64,000 bases of DNA from Azolla caroliniana (Eukaryota > Plantae > Polypodiophyta), in NCBI GenBank assembly GCA_043228905.1, contig JBHGNT010000011.1, forward strand, positions 6,200,001 through 6,264,000, read 5' to 3'. Made by a program: the position numbers and the translations under genes. Positions 1 through 13,000 of the stretch are shown here, piece after piece. Each line of letters starts with the position of its first letter. Positions within the stretch are counted from its first letter, which is position 1. The notes under the pieces were generated by a model. That model did not search any database, was not told where the DNA came from, and saw only the letters and a program-made list of their open reading frames with translations.

Positions 1-242
1 AAGACAGAAGTATAAACATCATAAGCTCTATTAATTATCCGCTGTGATTACAATGGGGTCCGGGCCTTTAAATAGGTTTCCGGCCCGTAGTACAAAACGG
101 TGCCTCTCGCACCTTTTCGGGATCCGTCCGGATCTGGAACGGCATACCGTTTCCAGTCCGTCCGTCCACACTATGCTCATTTACAACTATATTTAATTAA
201 TTCCTTCACTCCGTATTTTGGACTCCTTGCCGGCCGGTAACA
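1..242 (-). repeat. G1 3' LTR (partial)
   Basis: Direct repeat of 21122-21363; minus strand begins TGTTACC at 242; TATA-like CTATTTAAAGG on minus strand. Confidence 0.95.
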
Positions 243-244
243 CA

Positions 245-261
245 TGGCACGCCCGTGGGAC
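245..261 (-). other. tRNA-Arg 3'-end-like sequence at the PPT position of G1
   Basis: Element sense strand reads GTCCCACGGGCGTGCCA-TG-[LTR]; matches remembered plant tRNA-Arg(UCU) 3' end GTCCCACNGGGCGTGCCA minus one base; no purine tract here. Confidence 0.75.
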
Positions 262-294
262 ATTACCTTGTACGTCGAACCCTTCTCGGCCCCT

Positions 295-2043
295 TCATTG
301 TTCACCCAAATTGTCCAAAATACTTTGTTCAAGAATTTCCACTTGTTCTTCCGGTTGTGGTTGTTGTGGCTGTGCTTGCTGCTGCTGCTGTGGTTGCGGT
401 TGGGACTGAGGCTGCTCCGGCTGCTCTGCTTGCTGCTGCTGCTCCGTTTGTTTCGCTGACTCCGGCTGCTCCGTTTGTCTCTCTGACTCCGGCATCTCCG
501 ATTGGCTGCTTCCGGTCCGGTCTCCTTCCAGTAACGGTTCCTCATCACTGAGGTTGACCGTAACCGGTTCTCGTTCTTTCTCTCCCCGGATCCGGGACCT
601 CTCGTAGCTTTCAAACTGGATCTGCGCCTCCAGCCTGTCGTCGTCCAGCTGAGCTACAAGTTGCCGGACCTGCCCTAGTTGGTCATCTGCCAAGGCTTGA
701 AAGTCTTCGGCAAGCTCATCTCTTATGCCGGTGAAGTCTTCGGAAGTCAGCATATAGCAATCATCTCCCTCCTTCTGCCGGTTCTCTACGTCGGCCCGGA
801 GCAATTGGAGTTCCGCCGCGTTCGTGGCCCACTTGGTCCACCATTTGACGGAACCGTTGTCAATCAAGCTCTTGGTCTGGTTCAACCAGGCCCGCATTAT
901 ATCCTGGATGCGACTTGCTCCCATTTGCGCTCTGCTTTCCACCACTTGTCGCTCCTCCTTCAACTGCTTGATGAGATTCGCCGTATCCTCCGCCTGCTCT
1001 CTGTAGCGCGTCAGCTGCCCTTGATATGTCGTTTGCAGCCTCTGCAGTACCTCCGCCGCTCTTTCTTTTTCCGCCTGCTGTTGCCTGAGGAGCTCTGTCC
1101 GAACCTTCTCCGCCTCTTCCAACCGTCTTCTGGTTTCCGCTTGTTCCTTGGCGAATGCGGTTGCGGTCCGATCCACTGCTTGCCGGAGCTCATCCGTCCG
1201 TTCCTTGTGCTCCGTTTGCAACCGTTTATACTCCCGGTGCAAGTTCTCAAATTCCTCTGTTTTTTGTTTGAGCTTGCCGTTGATCTGGCGATTGTTCCGG
1301 TCCTCCCGGTCCTTTACCTGCCGGAGTTCCTCTTTCAGGCGCTCTACTTCTGTTTCGGCGTTTCTCCGGAGCCTCTCCTTCTCTTGCAGCATTTTCTCCT
1401 TTTCCTCCTTGAGCCGGTCGTACGCTTGGTGGCCTTTCCGTAAGCTCTCCTCGGCCCGGCGTAGATTCTCAGCAGTCTTTTTGAGTTCTGCCTCCGCTGC
1501 CGTCTTCAATTCTCTTTCGCGGCTCCTCAGCGCTTCTTGGGCAGCTAGCTCATCTTTTAAGTCCGCAAGCTCTTGGGCTCGTGCCGCATTTCTCTCCGGA
1601 ACGGTTTCCGTTGCCGGGGTCTGATTGCTATGTACAGGTTGATCTGCCGCTTTATTCTGTACATTGCCCGGAGTCACCGGTGCTTGGACTTGTGTTGTCA
1701 AAGCCAATTGAGCCATTTCCCTTGTGACCCTGTCCAAGTCTTGTTCAAGGCTCCGGATTCTGGACCGGGCCGTCTCTAGATCTACGGTTGTGACGAGCAA
1801 CCGTTCCTGGTGCGCTCTCTCTTCCGCCTCTATATACTCGACCGCTCCGGCGATTTGCTCGCCTACCCACCGTAGCCACATGCTACTGGTGCCTTGCTGC
1901 TGTACTGGTCGTGTCGGCTCATTCACTGTGGAATTGTCTGGCCTGAGTGCCTGCATATGCCGTTCTGGTTCTACTCCTTGGCCGCCGTGTGTGCTGGCTG
2001 GGTTCGCCGGCTGTTGAGTTCCGGTTCTCGCCGTCTCCGGAGC
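295..2043 (-). CDS. G1 extra ORF, C-terminal part (long E/K/R/Q coiled coil)
   Basis: ORF 295-1956 stays open up to the TSD (codon start 2043) and is in frame with 13680-14930 once G2 is removed (EEVIPT|APETAR). Confidence 0.85.
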   Translation of the reverse strand, partial: APETARTGTQQPANPASTHGGQGVEPERHMQALRPDNSTVNEPTRPVQQQGTSSMWLRWVGEQIAGAVEYIEAEERAHQERLLVTTVDLETARSRIRSLEQDLDRVTREMAQLALTTQVQAPVTPGNVQNKAADQPVHSNQTPATETVPERNAARAQELADLKDELAAQEALRSRERELKTAAEAELKKTAENLRRAEESLRKGHQAYDRLKEEKEKMLQEKERLRRNAETEVERLKEELRQVKDREDRNNRQINGKLKQKTEEFENLHREYKRLQTEHKERTDELRQAVDRTATAFAKEQAETRRRLEEAEKVRTELLRQQQAEKERAAEVLQRLQTTYQGQLTRYREQAEDTANLIKQLKEERQVVESRAQMGASRIQDIMRAWLNQTKSLIDNGSVKWWTKWATNAAELQLLRADVENRQKEGDDCYMLTSEDFTGIRDELAEDFQALADDQLGQVRQLVAQLDDDRLEAQIQFESYERSRIRGEKEREPVTVNLSDEEPLLEGDRTGSSQSEMPESERQTEQPESAKQTEQQQQAEQPEQPQSQPQPQQQQQAQPQQPQPEEQVEILEQSILDNLGEQ

Positions 2044-2048
2044 CGTTG

Positions 2049-2513
2049 TATTAGAGATTAGGTACTAAAGTAAGCATAAAATAAGGATATATCAATGATA
2101 GATCTAGAAAGAATAGAGAGAAAAGAGAGAAAGAAGGGTGCCGATCCACCCGACCACCCCCGAGCGAAGGGATCGAGACGGACTCGAGCCTCGATCGGCG
2201 TCCCATACCACCGCCTTGGCGTTGAGTCGTACCTGGACGATAGCGTGCTTGCTACAAGAGTCGTTCCACTCACGGACAGAGTCTCGACGTAGTCAATGCA
2301 TGCCCAAATGAGGGTAGCTAGGCCTCTTATTTATAGTAATTCTCAAGGCCCCCAGCCATGTTCACACTTGGCCTCATGGGTTGTCTCAATCCCGAGGATT
2401 AAAAGTAATCCTCCCCTTCTTTAGACTCTTTGTTTAACCCTCACACTTATCCACGTGTATAGAATACTACGACAATTCTCACCACGGGATATTATATGGT
2501 CATGCCCGTAACA
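2049..2513 (-). repeat. G2 3' LTR (465 bp, 5'-TGTTA...TAATA-3')
   Basis: Preceded on minus strand by PPT AAAGAGGGGGAGTA (2514-2527); inverted copy at 13092-13556. Confidence 0.92.
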
Positions 2514-4246
2514 TACTCCCCCTCTTTAAAACATTGCACTCTTGCAATGGAAAGTTAGGGAAGTTAGTTCTTAGAGTCGTTTCGCGTTCCCATGTGGCAT
2601 CTTTGATTGATTTATCCATCCATTTTATTTTAAATTCTCGGATTTCCTTAGCACGTAATTTTTTTGTTTTAACATCGAGAATTCTTTCTGGTACATGTGG
2701 TTTAGAAGATAAATCTTCAGAAGTAACCAGAGTTTCAGTTGTAACTGTATTGTCGCCAGAACCTAGAAGTTCTTTTAGACGACTTACATGAAAGACTGGA
2801 TGGATTCCAACACCATCGGGAAGAGCGAGACGATAGGCTGATGATCCAATGCGTTTGAGGACTGTAAAAGGTCCACAAAACCGTGGGGCTAACTTAGCGC
2901 ACTTACCCGTAGACAATGTCTTAGAATTGTGAGGTACACGTAAAAATACCTTCTGTCCAGGGCTGAATACACGAGGTTGCCTGTGATGATCGGCATAAAA
3001 ACGCGCTCTATCTTGAGCTGTTTTTATATTATCCCGTGCAATATGCAACATATCTTGCATATCCCGAAGAAAGTTTTGCGTACTTCGCAACTCATCATGA
3101 TGTATATTAACATCAATCGGGGCTCGTGGCTGAAATCCATACATCAACATAAAAGGACTATATCCCGTCGACGTATGCTTGGAGCTGTTATAAGCAAACT
3201 CCAAAATTGGGAGGTAACGTTCCCATTTTGTTGGTTTTGCACCAACGTATGCTCGAAGCATGTCCTCAATAATTTGATTTACTCGTTCTGTCTGTCCATC
3301 GGATTGAGGATGATCCGTGGAGCTCATGCTCAACGTAGTTTCTAACTTCTTAAAGACTTGCGTCCAGAAGTCACTAGTAAACTTCGGATCTCGGTCACTC
3401 ACGATATCCATCGGTAACCCGTAAAAACGAAATAACTCATCAACGAATTGGTAAGCCAATTTAGGAGCTGTTACCGTGGTTTTAGTAGCAATAAATCTGG
3501 CCATTTTAGTTAGTCTGTCAACCACAACCCATATGGCATCATGACCTTTTTGGGTGCGAGGAAGGCTAACAATAAAATCCATGGATATACTTTCCCACTT
3601 ATTATTGGGAATGTCCAAGGGATGTAAAAGTCCTGCGGCTTTAAGTCGCTCGGCTTTGTTAACCTGACATTGGTGACATTTAGTCACATAGCTATGTATG
3701 TCAGGACGCATCTTAGGCCAATAAAATTGAGTGGAGATGAGAACGAGTGTACGATGTATTCCAGGGTGCCCTGCTGAGGGTGCATCATGGCATTCAAAAA
3801 GAATTCTCTTTTTGACCTCAGGTAAATCTGGAACACAAACCTTCCCATTACGGTAGAGCAGACCGTTAGCAATGTGGAAGTATTCCTTCGAGGGTGTGGT
3901 GGTGTCTGTTCCAGACTCGACTCTTGCCCAGTATTTTGCAAAATAATTGTCATCAGGATACTTTCCTCGAAGGTGATCATAAAGATCTGATGTTATTTCA
4001 GTGAAGCTAAGTATGTTAACTTCACGGATGCGACTTAGTGCATCAGCGACAGTATTCATGGAACCTTTACGATATCGTATGGAAAAATCAAAGTCCTGGA
4101 TGATATCAGCCCATCGTGCCTTACGACCTTTCAGGTCTTGTTGGTCACAAAAATATTTCAAGGACTCGTGGTCCGTAGTTACCACAAAGCGATTTCCATA
4201 AAGATAATGGCGCCATGTTTTGAGCGCATGTATAACCGCAAATAAT
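2500..4246 (-). CDS. G2 pol 3' part: RNase H end, integrase (HHCC, DDE, GPF), chromodomain
   Basis: H..GHPG..CHQC zinc finger, SMDF, VSDRD, DGQTE, GPF, and PERIL..FKIKW..DATWE; ORF runs into the LTR. Confidence 0.93.
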
Positions 4247-5596
4247 TCCATTTCTTTTGTACTCAACGATTGTACGCATTTTATTCAATGTGTAACAAAA
4301 CAATCCCTCTCGATTGTTTCCTCGTGTCCATCAATATCCGAGTTGTCTTGTTCTGCGTTATTTTATTGTGTACTTGATCCGGACATTCACTTTACAATAT
4401 CGATAATGTCTCGGGTCAATTAACATATTTTGAACAAAAACAACTTGATGAAATCGTAAACGATTTTCGTGATGTTTTTCCGAGTGAACTACCCGATGGT
4501 TTACCTCCTAAACGTAATATAGACCATCGTATAGATATTGTACCTGGCATTGCACCCATTAGTATACCTCCGTATCGCCTAAGTCGATCTGAAGAGGATG
4601 AGGTAGCTAAGCAACTTAAGGACTATTTACGAATGGGTTATATACGTTATAGTAAATCTCCATGGGGTGCACCAGTTCTCTTGGTTAAAAAGAAAGAGGG
4701 CACATGGCGTATGTGTATTAATTACCGACGCTTGAATAAAGTGACGATCAAGAATTCGTACCCATTGCCCGGGCTGACGATCTAATTGACCGTCTCCAGG
4801 GAGCTCGGTATTTTACGAAACTTGATCTCCGTACTGGCTACCATCAAATACGAATAAGTGAGGACGATGTTCCTAAAACAGCATTTCGTACGCGCTACGG
4901 CCATTATGAGTTTTTGGTTATGCCTTTTGGTTTGACCAATGCTCCGGCTACATTTCAACAAGAAATGAATGACATTTTCCGAGAACAACTTGGAAAATTT
5001 GTCGTTATCTTCTTAGATGATATTTTAGTTTATAGCCGTACATTACAAGAACATGCTAGACATGTCCGCTTTGTTTTACAAATATTGCGTGACAAACAAT
5101 TTTACGCGAAGATCTCAAAATGTGAGTTCTTCAAGAAATCAATTACTTATCTTGGACATCTCATAACCGAACGAGGAGTTGAAATTGATCCTTCTCGCAT
5201 CGAGAAAATCAAGCTTTGGCCCACTCTTCGGAATATTCGAGAAGTTCGATCATTCCTTGGTTTTGTCGGATTTTTGCGAAAATCTCTTCGTAATTACTCA
5301 CAATTGACGATGCCGTTTACTGATCTTCTAAAAGGTCAAACGTTTCTTTTGGTTTTCTTTTTGTCTTCGCGTGGGATGGCGATTGATCGTTGTGCGGTCG
5401 CCTTCATGCAGACAAGGATTAGCGAAAGAACTTCGGTAAATTTTCCTTAATTTTTTATCTAATTTTTCTTCTCCCTTCTATACATGTGTATACTTAATAT
5501 GTAGTTTTTTTTTCATATATTCAATGATGTTGACGTGGTATTTAATTGGTTATCTTAAACATTTACATATGTCCACGAGGTCAATACCTCGTTTGA

Positions 5597-5696
5597 NNNN
5601 NNNNNNNNNNNNNNNNNNNNNNNNNNNNNNNNNNNNNNNNNNNNNNNNNNNNNNNNNNNNNNNNNNNNNNNNNNNNNNNNNNNNNNNNNNNNNNNN
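5597..5696. other. Assembly gap (100 N)
   Basis: Run of exactly 100 N. Confidence 1.
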
Positions 5697-5697
5697 A

Positions 5698-8680
5698 CAT
5701 CAGCGACAGTATTCATGGAACCTTTACGATATCGTATGGAAAAATCAAAGTCCTGGATGAGATCAGCCCATCGTGCCTTACGACCTTTCAGGTCTTGTTG
5801 GTCACAAAAATATTTCAAGGACTCGTGGTCCGTAGTTACCACAAAGCGATTTCCATAAAGATAATGGCGCCATGTTTTGAGCGCATGTATAACCGCAAAT
5901 AATTCCTTTTCTTGAACGGTATACCGACATTGAGCAGAATCAAGTTTCTTACTCTCGAATTCTATTGGTTTACCATCTTGATACAAGACAGCACCTATAG
6001 CATAATCGCTTGCGTCGGTTTCAACCTCAAAAGGTTTTGAAGGATCGGGTAAAAGAAGTGAAGGAGCCTTGCATACCAAGTCCTTGAGTTCCTTAAAGGC
6101 GAGGTCTAGTGTAGCATTCCACACAATAGGTTTTGTAGACTTACGCGTTTGACCTTTTAGAAGATCAGTAAACGGCGTCGTCAATTGTGAGTAACTACGA
6201 AGAGATTTTCGCAAAAATCCGACAAAACCAAGGAATGATCGAACTTCTCGAATATTCCGAAGAGTGGGCCAAAGCTTGATTTTCTCGATGCGAGAAGGAT
6301 CAATTTCAACTCCTCGTTCGGTTATGAGATGTCCAAGATAAGTAATTGATTTCTTGAAGAACTCACATTTTGAGATCTTCGCGTAAAATTGTTTGTCACG
6401 CAATATTTGTAAAACAAAGCGGACATGTCTAGCATGTTCTTGTAATGTACGGCTATAAACTAAAATATCATCTAAGAAGATAACGATAAATTTTCCAAGT
6501 TGTTCTCGGAAAATGTCATTCATTTCTTGTTGAAATGTAGCCGGAGCATTGGTCAAACCAAAAGGCATAACCAAAAACTCATAATGGCCGTAGCGCGTAC
6601 GAAATGCTGTTTTAGGAACATCGTCCTCACTTATTCGTATTTGATGGTAGCCAGTACGGAGATCAAGTTTCGTAAAATACCGAGCTCCCTGGAGACGGTC
6701 AATTAGATCGTCAGCCCGGGGCAATGGGTACGAATTCTTGATCGTCACTTTATTCAAGCGTCGGTAATTAATACACATACGCCATGTGCCCTCTTTCTTT
6801 TTAACCAAGAGAACTGGTGCACCCCATGGAGATTTACTATAACGTATATAACCCATTCGTAAATAGTCCTTAAGTTGCTTAGCTACCTCATCCTCTTCAG
6901 ATCGACTTAGGCGATACGGAGGTATACTAATGGGTGCAATGCCAGGTACAATATCTATACGATGGTCTATATTACGTTTAGGAGGTAAACCATCGGGTAG
7001 TTCACTCGGAAAAACATCACGAAAATCGTTTACGATTTCATCAAGTTTTTTTTGTTCAAAATATGTTAATTGACCCGAGACATTATCGATATTGTAAACG
7101 TGAATGTCCGGATCAAGTACACAATAAAATAACGTAGAACAAGACAACTCGGATATTGATGGACACGAGGAAACAATCGAGAGGGATTGTTTTGTTACAC
7201 ATTGAATAAAATGCGTACAATCGTTGAGTACAAAAGAAATGGAATGGCGAACCCAATCAATAAATAAAGAAGAGCTTTTATTATAAAACCAGGGATAACC
7301 CAGTATTACATCGGTGGTACTAAGATTCATTACATGGAAGTCTACTTCCTCTATATAGGTATCAATAGAAATTCCTAAAGAATGAATCGCCCCGTTGATG
7401 TGTTGTACTCTTCCATCAGCCAAGTGCACCGTGTAGGTGTGATCACTTACGGTGGGTTGGATTCCCCATATCTGTACCAAACGATCATTCACAAAATTGT
7501 GTGAGCTTCCCGAATCAAATAAAAATTGTACGGGAGATCCATTGATATACCCGTTTGCACGTAGTAAATCATTGGGACCCAATACATAATGAGGGAAAGA
7601 ACATTGACAATTACTCAAATGATGTGTATAGACCTGAAGGACATTAGGAATCTGACCTTTATGATCTGTAGCTTTAGGTTTTGCGTCGTGCTCTTTTCGT
7701 TGGAGCTTACGACATTGCTCTTTTGTATGACCCTTCTTTTTGCAGAATACGCAAAAAGGATGTTGTCGCTTATAATCGCGATCCATGAATTCGTTGGGTG
7801 TCTTGCGTTTCCCAACGAATTGCGACTGCTTAGTCCCGGGCGCTTCGTTGGGTTTGTTATGGTCCTTCTTCGAAGTGCGTTGATAGCGAAGAACTATCTC
7901 AACGGCCTCTTCGAAGGATTTTGGATCCTTATCGTGCATTATCCAGTGATAGTCCGAATTGGGGATGCCATTGACAAAACAAGCTATTAACCAATTGTCC
8001 CCTTCTAGACCCGATTTTTGGATTTGGGTTCTAGCATGGTGGACATAATCTTCTAGCGAGGAAAACTTCCTGCTAGAGAGGTTCATTAAAGCTTGTGCTG
8101 CCTCGGTTCGAGAGGGAGGTTGTAGAAATTGACCCTTGAAAACTGTGACAAAGTCTGTCCAGGTCTCGGGCAATCTCCCCAAAGTTCGGAGCCCACGCCA
8201 CCAAGCGGCGGCCTTACCCCCTAGTTCTCGGCTGACATATGCAATCTTCGTACTATCTGGCGTGGGATAGAGCTCAAAATGAGACTCCCATCGGCCTAGC
8301 CACGTGCAGATTGCTTCTTCGGTTCTTTCCTTTTTATCTCCCGTAAATGGCTTTACGACAAATGATGGTTCACCCTGACGCTCATCAGGTCTATTAATCT
8401 CATTTTGGAGACTAATGACTCGTGCCTCGAGAGCACTTTGAGATTGCCGAAATTCGGTCAACTGCTGCGCGGTTGAACTAAGGAAATGTTGTACTTGTAA
8501 AATATACGCCTCAATGGACATTGTCCCAGGAGGATTTCCTTGAGGTCTTTCCGCTTGAGCGGAGGGCATCGGGTCGTTATTCTGAGCCATTGAATGATTA
8601 TTTCTGGCAAAGAAATAAGATAAGGTCAGACAAATAGTCATAACATCTTGTCGTGGTGTAAACATATCATGGGCAAACAT
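5698..8680 (-). CDS. G2 gag-pol: Gag, CCHC knuckle, protease, RT, RNase H
   Basis: [57 protein letters not shown]; 5698-5905 overlaps 4041-4246, so it is continuous with the integrase part. Confidence 0.93.
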
Positions 8681-10008
8681 TAATCGATATCATGATCTCA
8701 CGTCAATACCCCTCTAGACGTATGAGATGAGGTTCGAGATCAGGTTACTATGGTAACACAGAGGTGTTTTAAAAACCATGGGGGTGACAAATGAATGCCT
8801 TTCCCTGATCTCTATATCGATTTTTTTCATGGCGGCTCCCCGAGGCTCAACCATGTATGTTCGCGTCATGAATAGTTTATACACGAAAAAAATGTTAACA
8901 ATAACTATGTTTCTGTGCCCACATATGTGGTTTCGGCTCTTTAAGTCCTATTACGAGGACCCCGAAGTGCACTTAGACCTAAAGTCTAAACATGTATTAT
9001 AGTCATATGTATCAACGATGTTATATGGTGTTGGTCATATTTGAACTCGAGACCTCGAGGACAAATACATTAAACACTTGAGCCAACCAAGTGGATTGCG
9101 CGTCTTGAATGTTTAATGTTTGAGGCGTATTCGAGATATGCGAGGCATTTGCCCCTATATGTTTTTTTTAAAAGAAACATATAGGTCAAGTGGCCTTATT
9201 TCTCCCTCATTTATTACCCACTATGGTTGTACGCTACCTACCCTCAAGCCTCGTAAGTACAATGGCATATGCCAAAGGGTAACCTAATGGTCAAGCCGAA
9301 TGAGCCCTTGTGTCTTCGTAGGCTCATGTGGCCCATCACATGGTCACGTCATTACGAATGGCGCTCGTAAGAACGAGCTCATGGTGGCATCGTATCCATG
9401 TAACGAGGGGAGATGTTGGATACGTGTGTCATTAGAGCGACCCTACTTGATGTGGATCAAGCCCGACGTATTCAACATCATTTTGGCTATACGAGGGTCG
9501 TTACGTAACAAAAGATCAAAGTGACCAACGGGAATTTCAACAATAAAAATTGTTGATAAAAGGGATGGTGACAACGCCATTCTCACAAAAATGTGAGGAC
9601 GGCCACCAAAATCCTCTCCCCAATTAGGAAAACATTTGATATGAATCACGTAATCTAAAATATACACATATGTCAATATATCACATATATACGATAAGAG
9701 ACGTATATAAGTGACCACATATGCGTATACTAAATGAATCGTTTTTTTTTATATAGCCAACAATGATGTATTCGGGATACGTAATCGAGGCATATACCTC
9801 TACGCACACGAAACATCCGAAAATAAGGTTAAGCGTAATTCGCAATTGAGATATTGACCTCTTACGCATAGTAAATCCAACGCATATCATTTCGAACGAA
9901 GCGAGGTATTGACCTCGTACGCGAACGTAACATATGTTCGTGAACGTAATACGCAATTGAGGTAATAACCTCGTACGCATACGACACTCATCACATATGA
10001 TTTATATG

Positions 10009-13000
10009 TCAAACGAGGTATTGACCTCGTGGACATATGTAAATGTTTAAGATAACCAATTAAATACCACGTCAACATCATTGAATATATGAAAAAAAAA
10101 CTACATATTAAGTATACACATGTATAGAAGGGAGAAGAAAAATTAGATAAAAAATTAAGGAAAATTTACCGAAGTTCTTTCGCTAATCCTTGTCTGCATG
10201 AAGGCGACCGCACAACGATCAATCGCCATCCCACGCGAAGACAAAAAGAAAACCAAAAGAAACGTTTGACCTTTTAGAAGATCAGTAAACGGCATCGTCA
10301 ATTGTGAGTAATTACGAAGAGATTTTCGCAAAAATCCGACAAAACCAAGGAATGATCGAACTTCTCGAATATTCCGAAGAGTGGGCCAAAGCTTGATTTT
10401 CTCGATGCGAGAAGGATCAATTTCAACTCCTCGTTCGGTTATGAGATGTCCAAGATAAGTAATTGATTTCTTGAAGAACTCACATTTTGAGATCTTCGCG
10501 TAAAATTGTTTGTCACGCAATATTTGTAAAACAAAGCGGACATGTCTAGCATGTTCTTGTAATGTACGGCTATAAACTAAAATATCATCTAAGAAGATAA
10601 CGACAAATTTTCCAAGTTGTTCTCGGAAAATGTCATTCATTTCTTGTTGAAATGTAGCCGGAGCATTGGTCAAACCAAAAGGCATAACCAAAAACTCATA
10701 ATGGCCGTAGCGCGTACGAAATGCTGTTTTAGGAACATCGTCCTCACTTATTCGTATTTGATGGTAGCCAGTACGGAGATCAAGTTTCGTAAAATACCGA
10801 GCTCCCTGGAGACGGTCAATTAGATCGTCAGCCCGGGCAATGGGTACGAATTCTTGATCGTCACTTTATTCAAGCGTCGGTAATTAATACACATACGCCA
10901 TGTGCCCTCTTTCTTTTTAACCAAGAGAACTGGTGCACCCCATGGAGATTTACTATAACGTATATAACCCATTCGTAAATAGTCCTTAAGTTGCTTAGCT
11001 ACCTCATCCTCTTCAGATCGACTTAGGCGATACGGAGGTATACTAATGGGTGCAATGCCAGGTACAATATCTATACGATGGTCTATATTACGTTTAGGAG
11101 GTAAACCATCGGGTAGTTCACTCGGAAAAACATCACGAAAATCGTTTACGATTTCATCAAGTTGTTTTTGTTCAAAATATGTTAATTGACCCGAGACATT
11201 ATCGATATTGTAAAGTGAATGTCCGGATCAAGTACACAATAAAATAACGCAGAACAAGACAACTCGGATATTGATGGACACGAGGAAACAATCGAGAGGG
11301 ATTGTTTTGTTACACATTGAATAAAATGCGTACAATCGTTGAGTACAAAAGAAATGGAATTATTTGCGGTTATACATGCGCTCAAAACATGGCGCCATTA
11401 TCTTTATGGAAATCGCTTTGTGGTAACTACGGACCACGAGTCCTTGAAATATTTTTGTGACCAACAAGACCTGAAAGGTCGTAAGGCACGATGGGCTGAT
11501 ATCATCCAGGACTTTGATTTTTCCATACGATATCGTAAAGGTTCCATGAATACTGTCGCTGATGCACTAAGTCGCATCCGTGAAGTTAACATACTTAGCT
11601 TCACTGAAATAACATCAGATCTTTATGATCACCTTCGAGGAAAGTATCCTGATGACAATTATTTTGCAAAATACTGGGCAAGAGTCGAGTCTGGAACAGA
11701 CACCACCACACCCTCGAAGGAATACTTCCACATTGCTAACGGTCTGCTCTACCGTAATGGGAAGGTTTGTGTTCCAGATTTACCTGAGGTCAAAAAGAGA
11801 ATTCTTTTTGAATGCCATGATGCACCCTCAGCAGGGCACCCTGGAATACATCGTACACTCGTTCTCATCTCCACTCAATTTTATTGGCCTAAGATGCGTC
11901 CTGACATACATAGCTATGTGACTAAATGTCACCAATGTCAGGTTAACAAAGCCGAGCGACTTAAAGCCGCAGGACTTTTACATCCCTTGGACATTCCCAA
12001 TAATAAGTGGGAAAGTATATCCATGGATTTTATTGTTAGCCTTCCTCGCACCCAAAAAGGTCATGATGCCATATGGGTTGTGGTTGACAGACTGACTAAA
12101 ATGGCCAGATTTATTGCTACTAAAACCACGGTAACAGCTCCTGAATTGGCTTACCAATTCGTTGATGAGTTATTTCGTTTTTACGGGTTACCGATGGATA
12201 TCGTGAGTGACTGAGATCCGAAGTTTACTAGTGACTTCTGGACGCAAGTCTTTAAGAAGTTAGAAACTACGTTGAGCATGAGCTCCACGGATCATCCTCA
12301 ATCCGATGGACAGACAGAACGAGTAAATCAAATTATTGAGGACATGCTTCGAGCATACGTTGGTGCAAAACCAACAAAATAGGAACGTTACCTCCCAATT
12401 TTGGAGTTTGCTTATAACAGCTCCAAGCATACGTCGACGGGATATAGTCCTTTTATGTTGATGTATGGATTTCAGCCACGAGCCCCGATTGATGTTAATA
12501 TACATCATGATGAGTTGCGAAGTACGCAAAACTTTCTTCGGGATATGCAAGATATGTTGCATATTGCACGGGATAATATAAAAACAGCTCAAGATAGAGC
12601 GCGTTTTTATGCCGATCATCACAGGCAACCTCGTGTATTCAGCCCTGGACAGAAGGTATTTTTACGTGTACCTCACAATTCTAAGACATTGTCTACGGGT
12701 AAGTGCGCTAAGTTAGCCCCACGGTTTTGTGGACCTTTTACAGTCCTCAAACGCATTGGATCATCAGCCTATCGTCTCGCTCTTCCCGATGGTGTTGGAA
12801 TCCATCCAGTCTTTCATGTAAGTCGTCTAAAAGAACTTCTAGGTTCTAGCGACAATACAGTTACAACTGAAACTCTGGTTACTTCTGAAGATTTATCTTC
12901 TAAACCACATGTACCAGAAAGAATTCTCGATGTTAAAACAAAAAAATTACGTGCTAAGGAAATCCGAGAATTTAAAATAAAATGGATGGATAAATCAATC

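Noticed and set aside
243-261. Plus-strand PBS of a separate plus-oriented element
   Set aside because: LTR TATA orientation, gag-pol and the PBS at 20929 all indicate minus orientation, and no plus-strand gag follows.
679-1624. Long antisense or shadow ORFs here and over G1, G3 and the Copia pol regions
   Set aside because: By-products of GC-rich coding on the opposite strand, with no recognisable domains.
295-1956. Coiled-coil ORF as a host SMC/myosin-like gene or Env
   Set aside because: It lies between the G1 LTRs in frame with the extra ORF and has no ATPase motifs or clear transmembrane segment.
4247-5596. Second copy of the RT fragment and UTR next to the gap, making the inverted repeat 3.5 kb
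   Set aside because: Appears identical to 10009-11359 including frameshifts, ends at a 100-N gap, and 4041-4246 overlaps 5698-5905. Most likely the contig followed the wrong repeat path.
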